Origin: Candidatus Poriferisocius sp.
GTDB lineage: Bacteria > Actinomycetota > Acidimicrobiia > Acidimicrobiales > Bin134
DNA: 64,000 nt
Assembly: GCF_965202595.1 (NCBI RefSeq)
Contig: NZ_OZ241836.1
Coordinates: forward strand, 535,095 to 599,094
Reading direction: 5' to 3'
How positions within the stretch are numbered: the stretch's first letter is position 1; each line of letters opens with the position of its first letter. The notes beneath the pieces were generated by a model. It was not told where the DNA came from. It worked only from the letters and a program-made list of their open reading frames with translations, and searched no databases. Shown here one piece after another: positions 52,981 through 61,376 of the stretch. The position numbers and the translations under genes were made by a program.

Positions 52981-54426
52981 GCCACCTCACCGCTGCTCGG
53001 GCTCCTGGCTGGGTTCATCTCCGAGTTGCGGGCCGCCGGGCTGCCGGTCAGCCTCACCGAGAACCTGGATGCCATGGAGGCCATCCAGCACATTCCCATC
53101 GAGGATCGAGAGGCGTTCAAGTACGCCCTGGCCGCCACCCTGGTGAAGAACCACGCCCACTGGCGGGCGTTCGAGACGGTTTTCGAGGTGTACTTCTCGC
53201 TGCGGGGGGCCGAGTACGACTTGGTGGACGGGCAGTGGCCCGACGGCCTCGACATGTCCGACCTTGTGGACGGGATGGACGGGCAGCAGCGCCGCTCGGG
53301 TGGAGGTGGGGGCGAGTCGATGTCGGCCGAGCAGTTGGCCGAGATGCTGTTCCAGGCGCTCATGCGGGGCGACGATGCCCTGATGAGGGCCATTGCCCGC
53401 CAGGCGGTGCAACGCTACGCGGGCATGGAACCGGGCCGCCCGGTGGGGGGCACCTACTACCTGTATCGAACGTTGCGGAACCTGGACCTGGACGGGGTGC
53501 TGGAGCGCCTGATGGATCAGGCCCGCCAGGATACTCCCGGCGAGCTGACCCCGCTGGAGGAGCGGTTGGAGCGCGACGAGTTCGAGGCCCGGGTGGATCA
53601 GCTACGAAAGGAGGTGGAGGCCGAGATCCGCCGCCGCCTGGTGGCCGACCGGGGGGTGGAGGCCATGGCCAAAACGCTGCGCAAACCCCTGCCCGAGGAC
53701 GTGGACTTCATGCACGCCAGCCGGGAGGAGATGCTGGCCCTGCGCCGCGCCATCTACCCGCTAACCCGCAAGCTGGCCGTTCGCCTGGCCCGCAAGCGGC
53801 GTCATGGCCGCAAGGGGCCGCTGGACTTCCGCAACACCATGCGCCATTCGCTTTCTTACGGTGGGGTGCCGGCCGAACCCAAGTTTCGCTATCCCCGCCC
53901 GGCCAAGCCCGAGATCATGGTGGTGGCCGACGTGAGCGGGTCGGTGGCCGCTTTCGCCCGCTTCACCCTGCACCTGGTTTATGCCATCAGCAACCAGTTC
54001 TCCAAGGTGCGCTCATTCGTGTTCATCGACGGCCTCGACGAGGTGACCGGTTTCTTCGAGGGGGTGGACGACATCGGCGAGGCCGTTCACCGGGTGAACG
54101 CCGAGGCCGATGTGGTGTGGGTGGACGGCCACTCCGACTATGGCCACGCCTTCGAGGTTTTCTGGGAGCGGTACGGGCGCGATGTGGGCCCCAAGACCAC
54201 GGTGATGATCCTGGGGGATGCGCGCAACAACTACCACGCCTCCCAATCCTGGATAGTCAAGGAGATAGAGCACCGGGCCCGCAAAGTGTTCTGGCTCAAC
54301 CCCGAACCCGGGGCCTACTGGGACACCGGCGACTCCATAGTCTCCGAATACGGCATCCACTGCAACGGCGTATTCGAAGTCCGCAACCTCCGCCAACTGG
54401 AGGCCTTCGTAGAAAACCTGGTGTAA
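52966..54426 (+). CDS. VWA domain-containing protein (CoxE-like), MoxR partner
   Basis: C-terminal VWA domain with MIDAS motif VVADVSGSV. About 486 aa. Confidence 0.85.
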   Translation: MRVEPATSPLLGLLAGFISELRAAGLPVSLTENLDAMEAIQHIPIEDREAFKYALAATLVKNHAHWRAFETVFEVYFSLRGAEYDLVDGQWPDGLDMSDLVDGMDGQQRRSGGGGGESMSAEQLAEMLFQALMRGDDALMRAIARQAVQRYAGMEPGRPVGGTYYLYRTLRNLDLDGVLERLMDQARQDTPGELTPLEERLERDEFEARVDQLRKEVEAEIRRRLVADRGVEAMAKTLRKPLPEDVDFMHASREEMLALRRAIYPLTRKLAVRLARKRRHGRKGPLDFRNTMRHSLSYGGVPAEPKFRYPRPAKPEIMVVADVSGSVAAFARFTLHLVYAISNQFSKVRSFVFIDGLDEVTGFFEGVDDIGEAVHRVNAEADVVWVDGHSDYGHAFEVFWERYGRDVGPKTTVMILGDARNNYHASQSWIVKEIEHRARKVFWLNPEPGAYWDTGDSIVSEYGIHCNGVFEVRNLRQLEAFVENLV

Positions 54427-54569
54427 GCGCGAACCTTGAGTCGTTGATTCGGTCTATGGCAAGGTCACTCTACCTATCCGACCCAACACGGGCACTAACC
54501 AGCAAGTTTAGCTGTTTTCCCAGCTCAGAACCGTTTTACATCACTTTAAGATATAAGCCCCAAATACTG

Positions 54570-54893
54570 TTAGCGAGCTTCGGCTATGTGGGCGCAGATA
54601 TCGCGGATCGCGGTGGCGTTCTGCTCGGCGGTGATGCGGCGGATAATGAACAGATCGACAAACGCCCAAATGAAGAAACCGCCTAGAGTGAACAGCTTGG
54701 CGAATCCTGCTCCGACCTGGCCCAGATAAAACCGGTCCACTCCGGTGACGTTGAACACGACGCTCAAGATCGTGGCTATGGCGGGGTCACGTCGGTGGCG
54801 GGCGTACTGGGCTTCGAATACCAGCCGTTCGGTGTCAGACAGGTCTTTGCAGGCTGAGGCCATCTCCCGCAGTTCGGCGTTTCTCGGTGTCAT
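54570..54893 (-). CDS. TM2 domain-containing membrane protein
   Basis: GVDRFYLGQVGAGFAKLFTLGGFFIWAFVDLFII matches the TM2 two-helix motif. Lies on a low-GC island. Confidence 0.7.
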   Translation of the reverse strand: MTPRNAELREMASACKDLSDTERLVFEAQYARHRRDPAIATILSVVFNVTGVDRFYLGQVGAGFAKLFTLGGFFIWAFVDLFIIRRITAEQNATAIRDICAHIAEAR

Positions 54894-54932
54894 GGGAGGC
54901 TCCCTTCAGATAGTCGGGTTCGTTTGCTGTCG

Positions 54933-54991
54933 AAGCCATGACGGTGCCGAAGGGATCCAGGGGTGACCCCGGCTCCTTCACGTCATGGCTT
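54933..54991. other. 59-nt extended stem-loop
   Basis: Perfect 11-bp outer stem aagccatgacg / cgtcatggctt (54933-54943 / 54981-54991). Inner pairings are gaagg/ccttc and gggg/cccc around a tga loop. Confidence 0.5.
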
Positions 54992-55350
54992 GGTTTCTAC
55001 AGCGCTTGACAACCTAGCCCAACCGGCGCGACGTGTCGACCCGACTGGCGCTGACCTTGCACCGAAGTCACTGTGGGTAGGCTCCACCGGTGATCGCGAC
55101 AGGTTGGCCACGATGGTCGGTCTGAGGTGTTCACGATCTACTGGTGAAGGTATTTCAGTGTGGCACAGAGTTTGGATGTGGGTGAGTGCGCCCGCGTTGA
55201 GGTGATGGTTGGTATGAGGTTGGGGGCAACCGAGATCGCAGACTTAAGTAACACCATGCCCTGCAAACTCCACCACTGGCAACCAGCCCAAACTATCTAC
55301 AATAAACTCTGTCACGATCACCACTAGAGCTTGCCAACCTCTTTATCCTT

Positions 55351-56205
55351 TTAGGAATGGTGGTGGCACTTCCCTGATGGGTTGGTTGTTCGGTTCTTGC
55401 ATTGACGGTTGTTGCTTAGACGATATGTGCAACGCTTTGACTTGGAGGCTATTGGTATAATTGTGTTTGGTGGTACCTGTTGCGTATTTGCTAGCTGTAA
55501 AGTTTCTTGCATAAGTGGGCTGAGTCTTGACCTGAGCAAGCTGGGAATGTTTTTGTCTTCCATAATTTTTTGAAAGATTTTCTTTTCACTCTTCGAAAGA
55601 GGTAGTTCACTTTTTGAAAAATGGCAACATTGCAGCAAAGTAATGATGTCATCATGATGACGCTTGGGGGAGCCTTGGAGACCTGATTGATTGTAGTAGA
55701 AAGCTGACCCTTTGATAACAAGTGCTCCTACGGGGGAAGGTATACGTATCATTCCTACAGTACCATCAAGTTGAATTGTGACACGGCGTGAACGTATCAA
55801 TGCTCGCGATGCCCCACGGGCGGCAACCGTAGTCCCCATTCCTAGCCTAAGTAAGTTTCGATAGCCTATCCCCTCAGGTACCAGAACGTCGATCGTAGCC
55901 TCTCCGCGGCAGTAGCGATGCCCAGTACCGACTCTAGTGGAAACCAGTTGAGTAAACCCTGCATTGACTAGAATCTGATGAGTTTTCTCTAAACTTTTTG
56001 TATCAACTCGCAAGTTGACGACAATATCTGCATCAGTTGTCTCACGGGAGATAGCGTCTAGGTGCCCTGTGGCATAAACCGTTACCATCTGCCCACCTAT
56101 CAGTATCCAGTCCTCTCCAAGTAAAGGGGCAACCTCTAAGAGAGCCTGCCAACTTGCTCGCCCTTTGGCACCTTGCGGGGAGATGATGATACTGTTGTCA
56201 TCCAT
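55351..56205 (-). CDS. nucleotidyltransferase-fold protein, AbiEii-like toxin candidate, with a Cys/His-rich tail
   Basis: LIGGQMVTVYATGHLDAISRETTDADIVV fits the hG[GS]...D.D minimal NTase pattern. The C-terminus reads KRCTYRLSNNRQCKNRTTNPSGKCHHHS. Low GC. Overlaps the upstream HTH gene by 8 nt. Confidence 0.5.
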   Translation of the reverse strand: MDDNSIIISPQGAKGRASWQALLEVAPLLGEDWILIGGQMVTVYATGHLDAISRETTDADIVVNLRVDTKSLEKTHQILVNAGFTQLVSTRVGTGHRYCRGEATIDVLVPEGIGYRNLLRLGMGTTVAARGASRALIRSRRVTIQLDGTVGMIRIPSPVGALVIKGSAFYYNQSGLQGSPKRHHDDIITLLQCCHFSKSELPLSKSEKKIFQKIMEDKNIPSLLRSRLSPLMQETLQLANTQQVPPNTIIPIASKSKRCTYRLSNNRQCKNRTTNPSGKCHHHS

Positions 56206-56890
56206 TATTTATTATTCTGGACTGGTAGTGCATCAATGAGTATGCTGCCTGTTGGCTTCGGGAGTTACCGTGTAGCATCAAGTCCAACGCCGCCGCCGCC
56301 ACAGGAGCCAATCGCAAGCCTTTGATGTCGTCAGATGGGATGGCCGCGGATGTGGCCAACGTCCACACGCTGTCGTCCACGAAACGTACTACGGTGTATC
56401 CCTCAGTAGTCAGAACAGCACCGGTTAAATCAATCAACTCTTGTTGCTTGGACCAGGGCAGGTACAGATCATGTTCAAAGTTCTGTTTGGGGATGCCAAC
56501 ATCAGAGTACTGCCTCACACGATCCAGTAACTCCACCGATGCGTATGTTCCGCCTATCATCCCCCCCAAAGCGACCGCCTCTTCGGTTGGCGCTCTACTA
56601 CCCATGAACCACCGAGTTGTGTGCCCGCGATTTTGATATTTTACTCCGTTGTCAACCTCCACATCACCCGCGTTTATGGCCTGCCAGGCGCTTTCCGCCC
56701 CAAGCGGGCGTGTGGAGGGAAGTCGCAGGTCGGCTCTGGCTGACACGTTGCCCAGCGGCAGAGCCCACACGCCACCTATTTTGTGCGCGGGCAGGTAGTG
56801 GTTTTCAATCAGTTGACGGACTCTGCTTTGCGAAACACCGAGTATCCCAGCGGCTTCCGTCACGCTCACGGGATGGAGCAGAACCGTCAT
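56198..56890 (-). CDS. HTH (excisionase/MerR-like) DNA-binding protein, AbiEi-like antitoxin candidate
   Basis: VSVTEAAGILGVSQSRVRQLIENHYLPAHKIGGVWALP is a helix-turn-helix at the N-terminus, followed by a 180-aa C-terminal domain of unknown function. Confidence 0.5.
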   Translation of the reverse strand: MTVLLHPVSVTEAAGILGVSQSRVRQLIENHYLPAHKIGGVWALPLGNVSARADLRLPSTRPLGAESAWQAINAGDVEVDNGVKYQNRGHTTRWFMGSRAPTEEAVALGGMIGGTYASVELLDRVRQYSDVGIPKQNFEHDLYLPWSKQQELIDLTGAVLTTEGYTVVRFVDDSVWTLATSAAIPSDDIKGLRLAPVAAAALDLMLHGNSRSQQAAYSLMHYQSRIINNG

Positions 56891-56927
56891 GGAGACAACA
56901 TTAACTTAAGTCTTGCGGCTACACAAC

Positions 56928-56942
56928 TGATTTTTGAAATCA
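56928..56942. promoter_or_regulatory. 6-3-6 palindrome upstream of the HTH gene
   Basis: tgattt-ttg-aaatca, 38 nt upstream of the ATG at 56890. Candidate autoregulatory operator. Confidence 0.25.
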
Positions 56943-57008
56943 TAGATGGTTTTGGGCTTGTCCCGGTTTGATTGATACATGGTTCTGATATGCAATAAAC
57001 GCGCGGTT

Positions 57009-57776
57009 TCAGTCGTGGCTGGTGACACCGCCGTCGACGATGAGGGTGGTACCGGTTATGTAATCGGCTTGGTCGGACATGAGGAAGCGGACGGCTTTGG
57101 CGATGTCCTCGGGTGTGCCCACCCGGCCCAGCGGGGTTTTGGCCTCAAGAGCGGCCCTGCTCGGGGGGTCGTCCATGACTGCGGCCATCATCGGGGTGTG
57201 AATGTAGCCGGGGCATACCGCATTCACCCGGATACCGTCGGCACCGAGGTGGTTGGCCAGTGACTTGGTCAGTCCCACCACGCCGTGCTTGGAGGATGTG
57301 TAGGACGGGATCATAGCGTTACCCACCACCGACATGATCGAGCCGATCCCCACAATGGCCGACTTCTCGTGACGACGCAGATCCTCAAGCAGAGCCTTCA
57401 CCGTGAATACCTGAGCCCGCAGGTTCACCCCCAGCACCGAGTCCCATATCTCCTCGGTCAGATGGTCGATGTCCACCGCAGTCACGATCCCGGCCGCGTG
57501 AACCAGCCCGCCGATGCTGCCCAGCGCCTCCCGAGCCGCGGTTACGGCATGGGCCACTGCGTCGCCGTCTGTAACGTCCACACTCACCGAATGGGTGACC
57601 ACCCCGCAGTCGGCGGCGATGGATGCTGCCGCCTTTGCCGCCTCCTCGTCGTTGAGATCCCACAGCGACACCGGTCGTTCGGCCTCGGCCAGGGCCCGGG
57701 CGCAGGCCCGCCCGATCCCCGAACCCCCTCCGGTGACCACCACCCCCGTTGTCGGCGACATAATCAAACCGGACAT
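57009..57776 (-). CDS. short-chain dehydrogenase/reductase (SDR)
   Basis: TGGGSGIGRA cofactor motif, YTSSKHGVVGLTK catalytic motif, about 255 aa. Start at ATG 57776 is uncertain. Confidence 0.9.
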   Translation of the reverse strand: MSGLIMSPTTGVVVTGGGSGIGRACARALAEAERPVSLWDLNDEEAAKAAASIAADCGVVTHSVSVDVTDGDAVAHAVTAAREALGSIGGLVHAAGIVTAVDIDHLTEEIWDSVLGVNLRAQVFTVKALLEDLRRHEKSAIVGIGSIMSVVGNAMIPSYTSSKHGVVGLTKSLANHLGADGIRVNAVCPGYIHTPMMAAVMDDPPSRAALEAKTPLGRVGTPEDIAKAVRFLMSDQADYITGTTLIVDGGVTSHD

Positions 57777-57864
57777 GCCAGCTACCTTACGCGGCAATAG
57801 TAGCCCGAGGGTATCTGGGTTCGCTGAGTGTTGACGGGGGATTGCTTGAGGCTGAGGTAGGCTG

Positions 57865-58113
57865 ATGAGTATGTCCAGTGCAGGTGATCTCAGAGTTTCA
57901 AAAAGTGGTCAGATGAGCCTCCCGGTGTCAGCTCGCCGACGGTGGGGTCTGATTGGTGGCGGCAAAGTCGGGTGTCTCGATTTTGGGCAAGGAGTGCTGC
58001 TTGTCCCCGGTGGTATTGAGGGACTGCGCAAAGAGGTGATGGAATCTGTTTCGGATCAGGATTGGGAAGCAGCTCAAGATGGATTCGGCGATCCTGACCT
58101 GGCCAGTATGTGA
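57865..58113 (+). CDS. AbrB/MazE/SpoVT-type antitoxin candidate
   Basis: DLRVSKSGQMSLPVSARRRWGLIGGGKVGCLDFGQGVLLVP fits the swapped-hairpin AbrB pattern. 82 aa. The stop overlaps the next start (GTGA). Confidence 0.55.
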   Translation: MSMSSAGDLRVSKSGQMSLPVSARRRWGLIGGGKVGCLDFGQGVLLVPGGIEGLRKEVMESVSDQDWEAAQDGFGDPDLASM

Positions 58114-58529
58114 CGCAGCTCGTTGACGACCGCCTCCTTGCTGGCGTACTCGGAGGAAGCGATCCACCTAACCCCTACGAGCCGGTTTTTACTACCGGTT
58201 ACTGGTATGTGAGGTTGTGTCGAGCTGTCATGGGTTCTGGCGGCCCAAGGGGTGTGCTCTCGGTGACGTTTTCTACTATGCCTTTGTCTATTCGTAATTT
58301 GGCGCTTCAAGCACTGTTGGAGTTGCCCGATGAGGTTGGGTTGGAGAGCTTGAGGACCTTGGCACCAGTGATCGGGCGCATGAGCCGCCGCCACCATCTC
58401 AATGCATTGGGTATCGAGGTGTTGGCTGCGGCGGTGTATCTCGAAGCCGATGTCTATCTGTCTGCGCCTTCACCTCGACTTCAAGAGGCACTAACCGCTG
58501 AGAGCCGCAGCGTGGAGGTAATCAAATAG
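58110..58529 (+). CDS. hypothetical protein, degenerate PIN-like toxin candidate
   Basis: 139 aa. LVDDRLLAGVL and LNALGIEVLAAAVYLEADVYLS resemble the first and third/fourth PIN segments, but the acidic residues are not all identifiable. Confidence 0.35.
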   Translation: MTQLVDDRLLAGVLGGSDPPNPYEPVFTTGYWYVRLCRAVMGSGGPRGVLSVTFSTMPLSIRNLALQALLELPDEVGLESLRTLAPVIGRMSRRHHLNALGIEVLAAAVYLEADVYLSAPSPRLQEALTAESRSVEVIK

Positions 58530-58766
58530 AGAGGGCCTGGGCCACGGCTTCCCAGGCTTATTGCTCTCGGTTCTCAGTGTGGCCACCATTTCCTCGGTCT
58601 CGTCTTCGGTGCAGTAAGTGGTGGTGTCAGTTCATCCAACTCATCCAACATCTCGGCGGCCATTCCGTAACAGCGAGCATCTCAGCCAAATCATCTTGAT
58701 CGGCCTCCAGCGCCGCAACCTCATCAGCCAGGCAATCCATATGGTTACAGTGTCTGGAACTGATGG

Positions 58767-59441
58767 TCAGTCGTGGAGGCCGCACTCGGTTTTTTCGGAG
58801 CCGGCCCAGCGGCCGGAGCGGGGGTCGTCGCCGGGGGCCACCGGTGTGGTGCAGGGCATGCAGCCGATGGAGGGGTAGCCCCGATCCAGCAGGGGATTGA
58901 ATGGCACCTTGTGCTCGACCATGTAGTCGGCCACGTGTTCGTCGGTCCAGGTGGCTATGGGGTTCAGCTTGACCAGGCCCCGTAGGTCGCGCACCACTAT
59001 GGGGGCGCTCACCCGGGTGACGGCCTCTACCCGGCGCAGGCCGCTCATCCAGGCCGCCTTGCCGGCCAGGGCCCGGTCGAGCTGGCCGGCCTTGACCGCC
59101 GAGCAGCAGTTCTCCGGGTCCATGTTCCACAACTCGGGATCGTGGCGGGCCACGGTCATCAATCGCAGGTTCAAGCCGTAGTGGCGGCGTACCCGTTCCA
59201 CCGTCTCCAGCGTCTCGGGGAAGTGGAAGCCGGTGTCTATGAACACCACCTCGATGGCCGGGTCCACCTTTACCGCCAGGTCTATAAGCACCGCGTCGGT
59301 CATCGACGCGGCCAGCGACAGGTGGGGGGAGAAGTTGTCCACCCCCCACTGGATGATCTTCTCGGCGGGGAGCCGCTCGAACTCCTCGTTGAGGGCGGCC
59401 AGCTCGGCGTCGGGAAAGGACGGTATGGTCAGGTTGCGCAT
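58767..59441 (-). CDS. cysH: adenylyl-/phosphoadenylyl-sulfate reductase
   Basis: PAPS_reduct fold, Cys pairs CCSAVK and GCMPC (Fe-S type), C-terminal ECGLH. Confidence 0.9.
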   Translation of the reverse strand: MRNLTIPSFPDAELAALNEEFERLPAEKIIQWGVDNFSPHLSLAASMTDAVLIDLAVKVDPAIEVVFIDTGFHFPETLETVERVRRHYGLNLRLMTVARHDPELWNMDPENCCSAVKAGQLDRALAGKAAWMSGLRRVEAVTRVSAPIVVRDLRGLVKLNPIATWTDEHVADYMVEHKVPFNPLLDRGYPSIGCMPCTTPVAPGDDPRSGRWAGSEKTECGLHD

Positions 59442-59501
59442 TCGGAATCACCAACCACGGAGGGGGACGGTATGGTCAGGTTGCGCATTCGGAATCACCA
59501 A
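59418..59501 (-). repeat. 37-bp direct repeat x2 (period 47) at the sulfite reductase/cysH junction
   Basis: ggacggtatggtcaggttgcgcattcggaatcaccaa at 59418-59454 and 59465-59501. Each copy holds the cysH-type ATG and the reductase-type TGA. A 19-codon ORF, MRNLTIPSPSVVGDSECAT*, runs 59488 to 59429. Confidence 0.95.
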
Positions 59502-61260
59502 TCACGACTTCGTAGGGGCCGGTCTCGTCGTAATCCACGTAGTACTCGGGGCCGGTCTCGGGGGTGGGGAACTCATCCAGGTCGGCCAGATCCCGGCCCA
59601 CCTCACGGGAACCGCCCCGGCGCTCCAGCCAGTGACGGAACTGCTCGCCCGCTTCACGCTCGGCGGTGAACTGTCTCACCACCCGCACCACCGCTTCGGG
59701 AGCGTTGCGGGCGGGCAGGCGCAGGGCTTTGGTGCCGAAATGAATCTGGGTGTCGCCCACATAGCCCCCGAGCAGCATCTGGTAGCCCGGTGCTGAGCGG
59801 CCATGGGCCCGGCGCTCGGCCCCGAAGAAGCCGATGTCGGAGGCGTGGTGCTGGCCGCAGGAGTTGGTGCAGCCCGAGATGTTGATCCGCAACCCTCCCA
59901 CCTCGGACAATCCCTCCTCCTCCAGGCGATCGCCTATGGCATCGGCCAGCCCCCGCGACTGGGTCACGGCCAGGTTGCAGGTGTCGGCCCCGGGGCAGGC
60001 CACCACGTCGCGCAGCAACTCCGCACCGGGTTCGGCCATGGAGATGGACGACAGGGCCTCGAACAACCGGGGCAACTGGTGCTCGGCCAGGTCGCGAAAC
60101 ACGATGTTCTGGCGGTTGGTCACCCGGCACTCCGCTCCCAGCTCCCGCTGGATGGCGGCCAGGGAGTCGAACTGATCGGCGGTGATGTCACCCAGGCGAG
60201 CCCAGGCGTAGGCCGAGACGGTGCCCCGGGCTGCTCCCCGCACCACGTTGGCCTGCTCCCAGCGCTCATACGGTGCCCGGCCGCCGATGGCAACCGCCAC
60301 GCCCTGGCCCACCGGGGTGGCGGTCATCCCGTCCCGGTGCCCGGCGGGGGCGTCGCCGTGCATCCTGACAAGATCGGGGATACCACCGGCCCAGTCCGCC
60401 GAGGCCGGCAAGAACTTGCGCTCCCGGAGGATGCGGCGCTGGAGCTCCTCAAAGCCCAGGTGCTCGACCAGCCACTTCATGCGGGCCCGGAGCTTGTTGT
60501 CGCGGTTCCCGTCGTGGTCGAACACCCGCAGGCAGGCCTCAATGGTGGGCAGTAGCTCCTCGCGGGGGGTGAAGTCCTCCAGGGCCAGCGCGGGATGGGG
60601 ATTGGCCCCCAGACCACCGGCCACGAACACCCGGAATCCGGCCTCGATTCCGCCGTTTACCTCCCGGGTGGCGGCCACGATACCCACGTCGTTGAACATG
60701 GCCTGGCCGCAGTCGGTGGCGCACCCCGAGAAGTTGATCTTGAACTTGCGGGGCAGCCGCTGAGCGTAGGGGTGGCGGAGGAAGTGCAGGGCGGTGGCCC
60801 GGGCCCAGGCGGTGATGTCCAGAACCTCGTGGGGGCAGGCACCGGCCAGGTGGCAGCCCTGCACGTTGCGGACGGTGTCGCCGCAGGCCTCCCGGGTGGT
60901 GAGCCCCACCGAGGCCAGCACCCTCATCACGTCGGGCACGTTGTCCAGATCCACGAAGTGCAGTTGGATGTTCTGGCGGGTGGTAATGTGCCCCCAGCCC
61001 CGGGACCAGGTTCGGGCGATGTGGGCCAGGGCCTCGAAATGCTCGGGATGGATGATCCCGGCGGGGACCTTGACCCGCACCATCTGGTGGGTACCGCCCT
61101 GACGCTGACCGTAGATGCCGTTGTTCAGGCGGAACACCCGCATCACATCCTCGGGTATCTCACCGGCCTTGTAGCGGGCCAGCATCCGCTCGAACTTGTC
61201 GATGTCGGCTTGCTGGGCGGGGTCTATCACCGCGGTGTTGTCGAGTTGAACGGTGACCAT
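59476..61260 (-). CDS. ferredoxin-dependent sulfite (nitrite) reductase, siroheme/4Fe-4S hemoprotein
   Basis: Two NIR_SIR repeats. Cluster/siroheme cysteines are in CPGADTCNLAVT and SGCTNSCGQHH. Confidence 0.9.
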   Translation of the reverse strand: MVTVQLDNTAVIDPAQQADIDKFERMLARYKAGEIPEDVMRVFRLNNGIYGQRQGGTHQMVRVKVPAGIIHPEHFEALAHIARTWSRGWGHITTRQNIQLHFVDLDNVPDVMRVLASVGLTTREACGDTVRNVQGCHLAGACPHEVLDITAWARATALHFLRHPYAQRLPRKFKINFSGCATDCGQAMFNDVGIVAATREVNGGIEAGFRVFVAGGLGANPHPALALEDFTPREELLPTIEACLRVFDHDGNRDNKLRARMKWLVEHLGFEELQRRILRERKFLPASADWAGGIPDLVRMHGDAPAGHRDGMTATPVGQGVAVAIGGRAPYERWEQANVVRGAARGTVSAYAWARLGDITADQFDSLAAIQRELGAECRVTNRQNIVFRDLAEHQLPRLFEALSSISMAEPGAELLRDVVACPGADTCNLAVTQSRGLADAIGDRLEEEGLSEVGGLRINISGCTNSCGQHHASDIGFFGAERRAHGRSAPGYQMLLGGYVGDTQIHFGTKALRLPARNAPEAVVRVVRQFTAEREAGEQFRHWLERRGGSREVGRDLADLDEFPTPETGPEYYVDYDETGPYEVVIGDSECAT

Positions 61261-61289
61261 GGCACCTTCTTCGTCTGGGGTTGGGCAGT

Positions 61290-61325
61290 GGGATAAAAAC
61301 TAAATCGGACTACTTTGATCCGATT
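61290..61325 (-). terminator. possible intrinsic terminator after the DAHP synthase gene
   Basis: On the minus strand, aatcgga-tcaaagtag-tccgatt (61325 to 61303) is followed by tagttttta. The stem is short and AT-rich. Confidence 0.35.
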
Positions 61326-61376
61326 ACTTGTCTATCAGCCCGCAGTCCCGAAATCAAACGCAACGAACGCAAATGG

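Noticed and set aside
54963-55205. 80-aa ORF in the island intergenic region.
   Set aside because: It has no SD or motif, its composition is atypical of either the island or the host, and it overlaps the hairpin.
54427-57008. Calling the low-GC island a prophage remnant or an integrative element.
   Set aside because: No integrase, phage structural genes, tRNA target or flanking direct repeats are visible.
58627-59454. The 275-aa ORF overlapping cysH in another frame, and a small 37-codon ORF at 58627-58740.
   Set aside because: The long ORF is Arg/Pro/Gly-rich and overlaps a clear cysH. The short 3' part (MDCLADEVAALEADQDDLAEML..) may be a remnant, but it has no support beyond being open.
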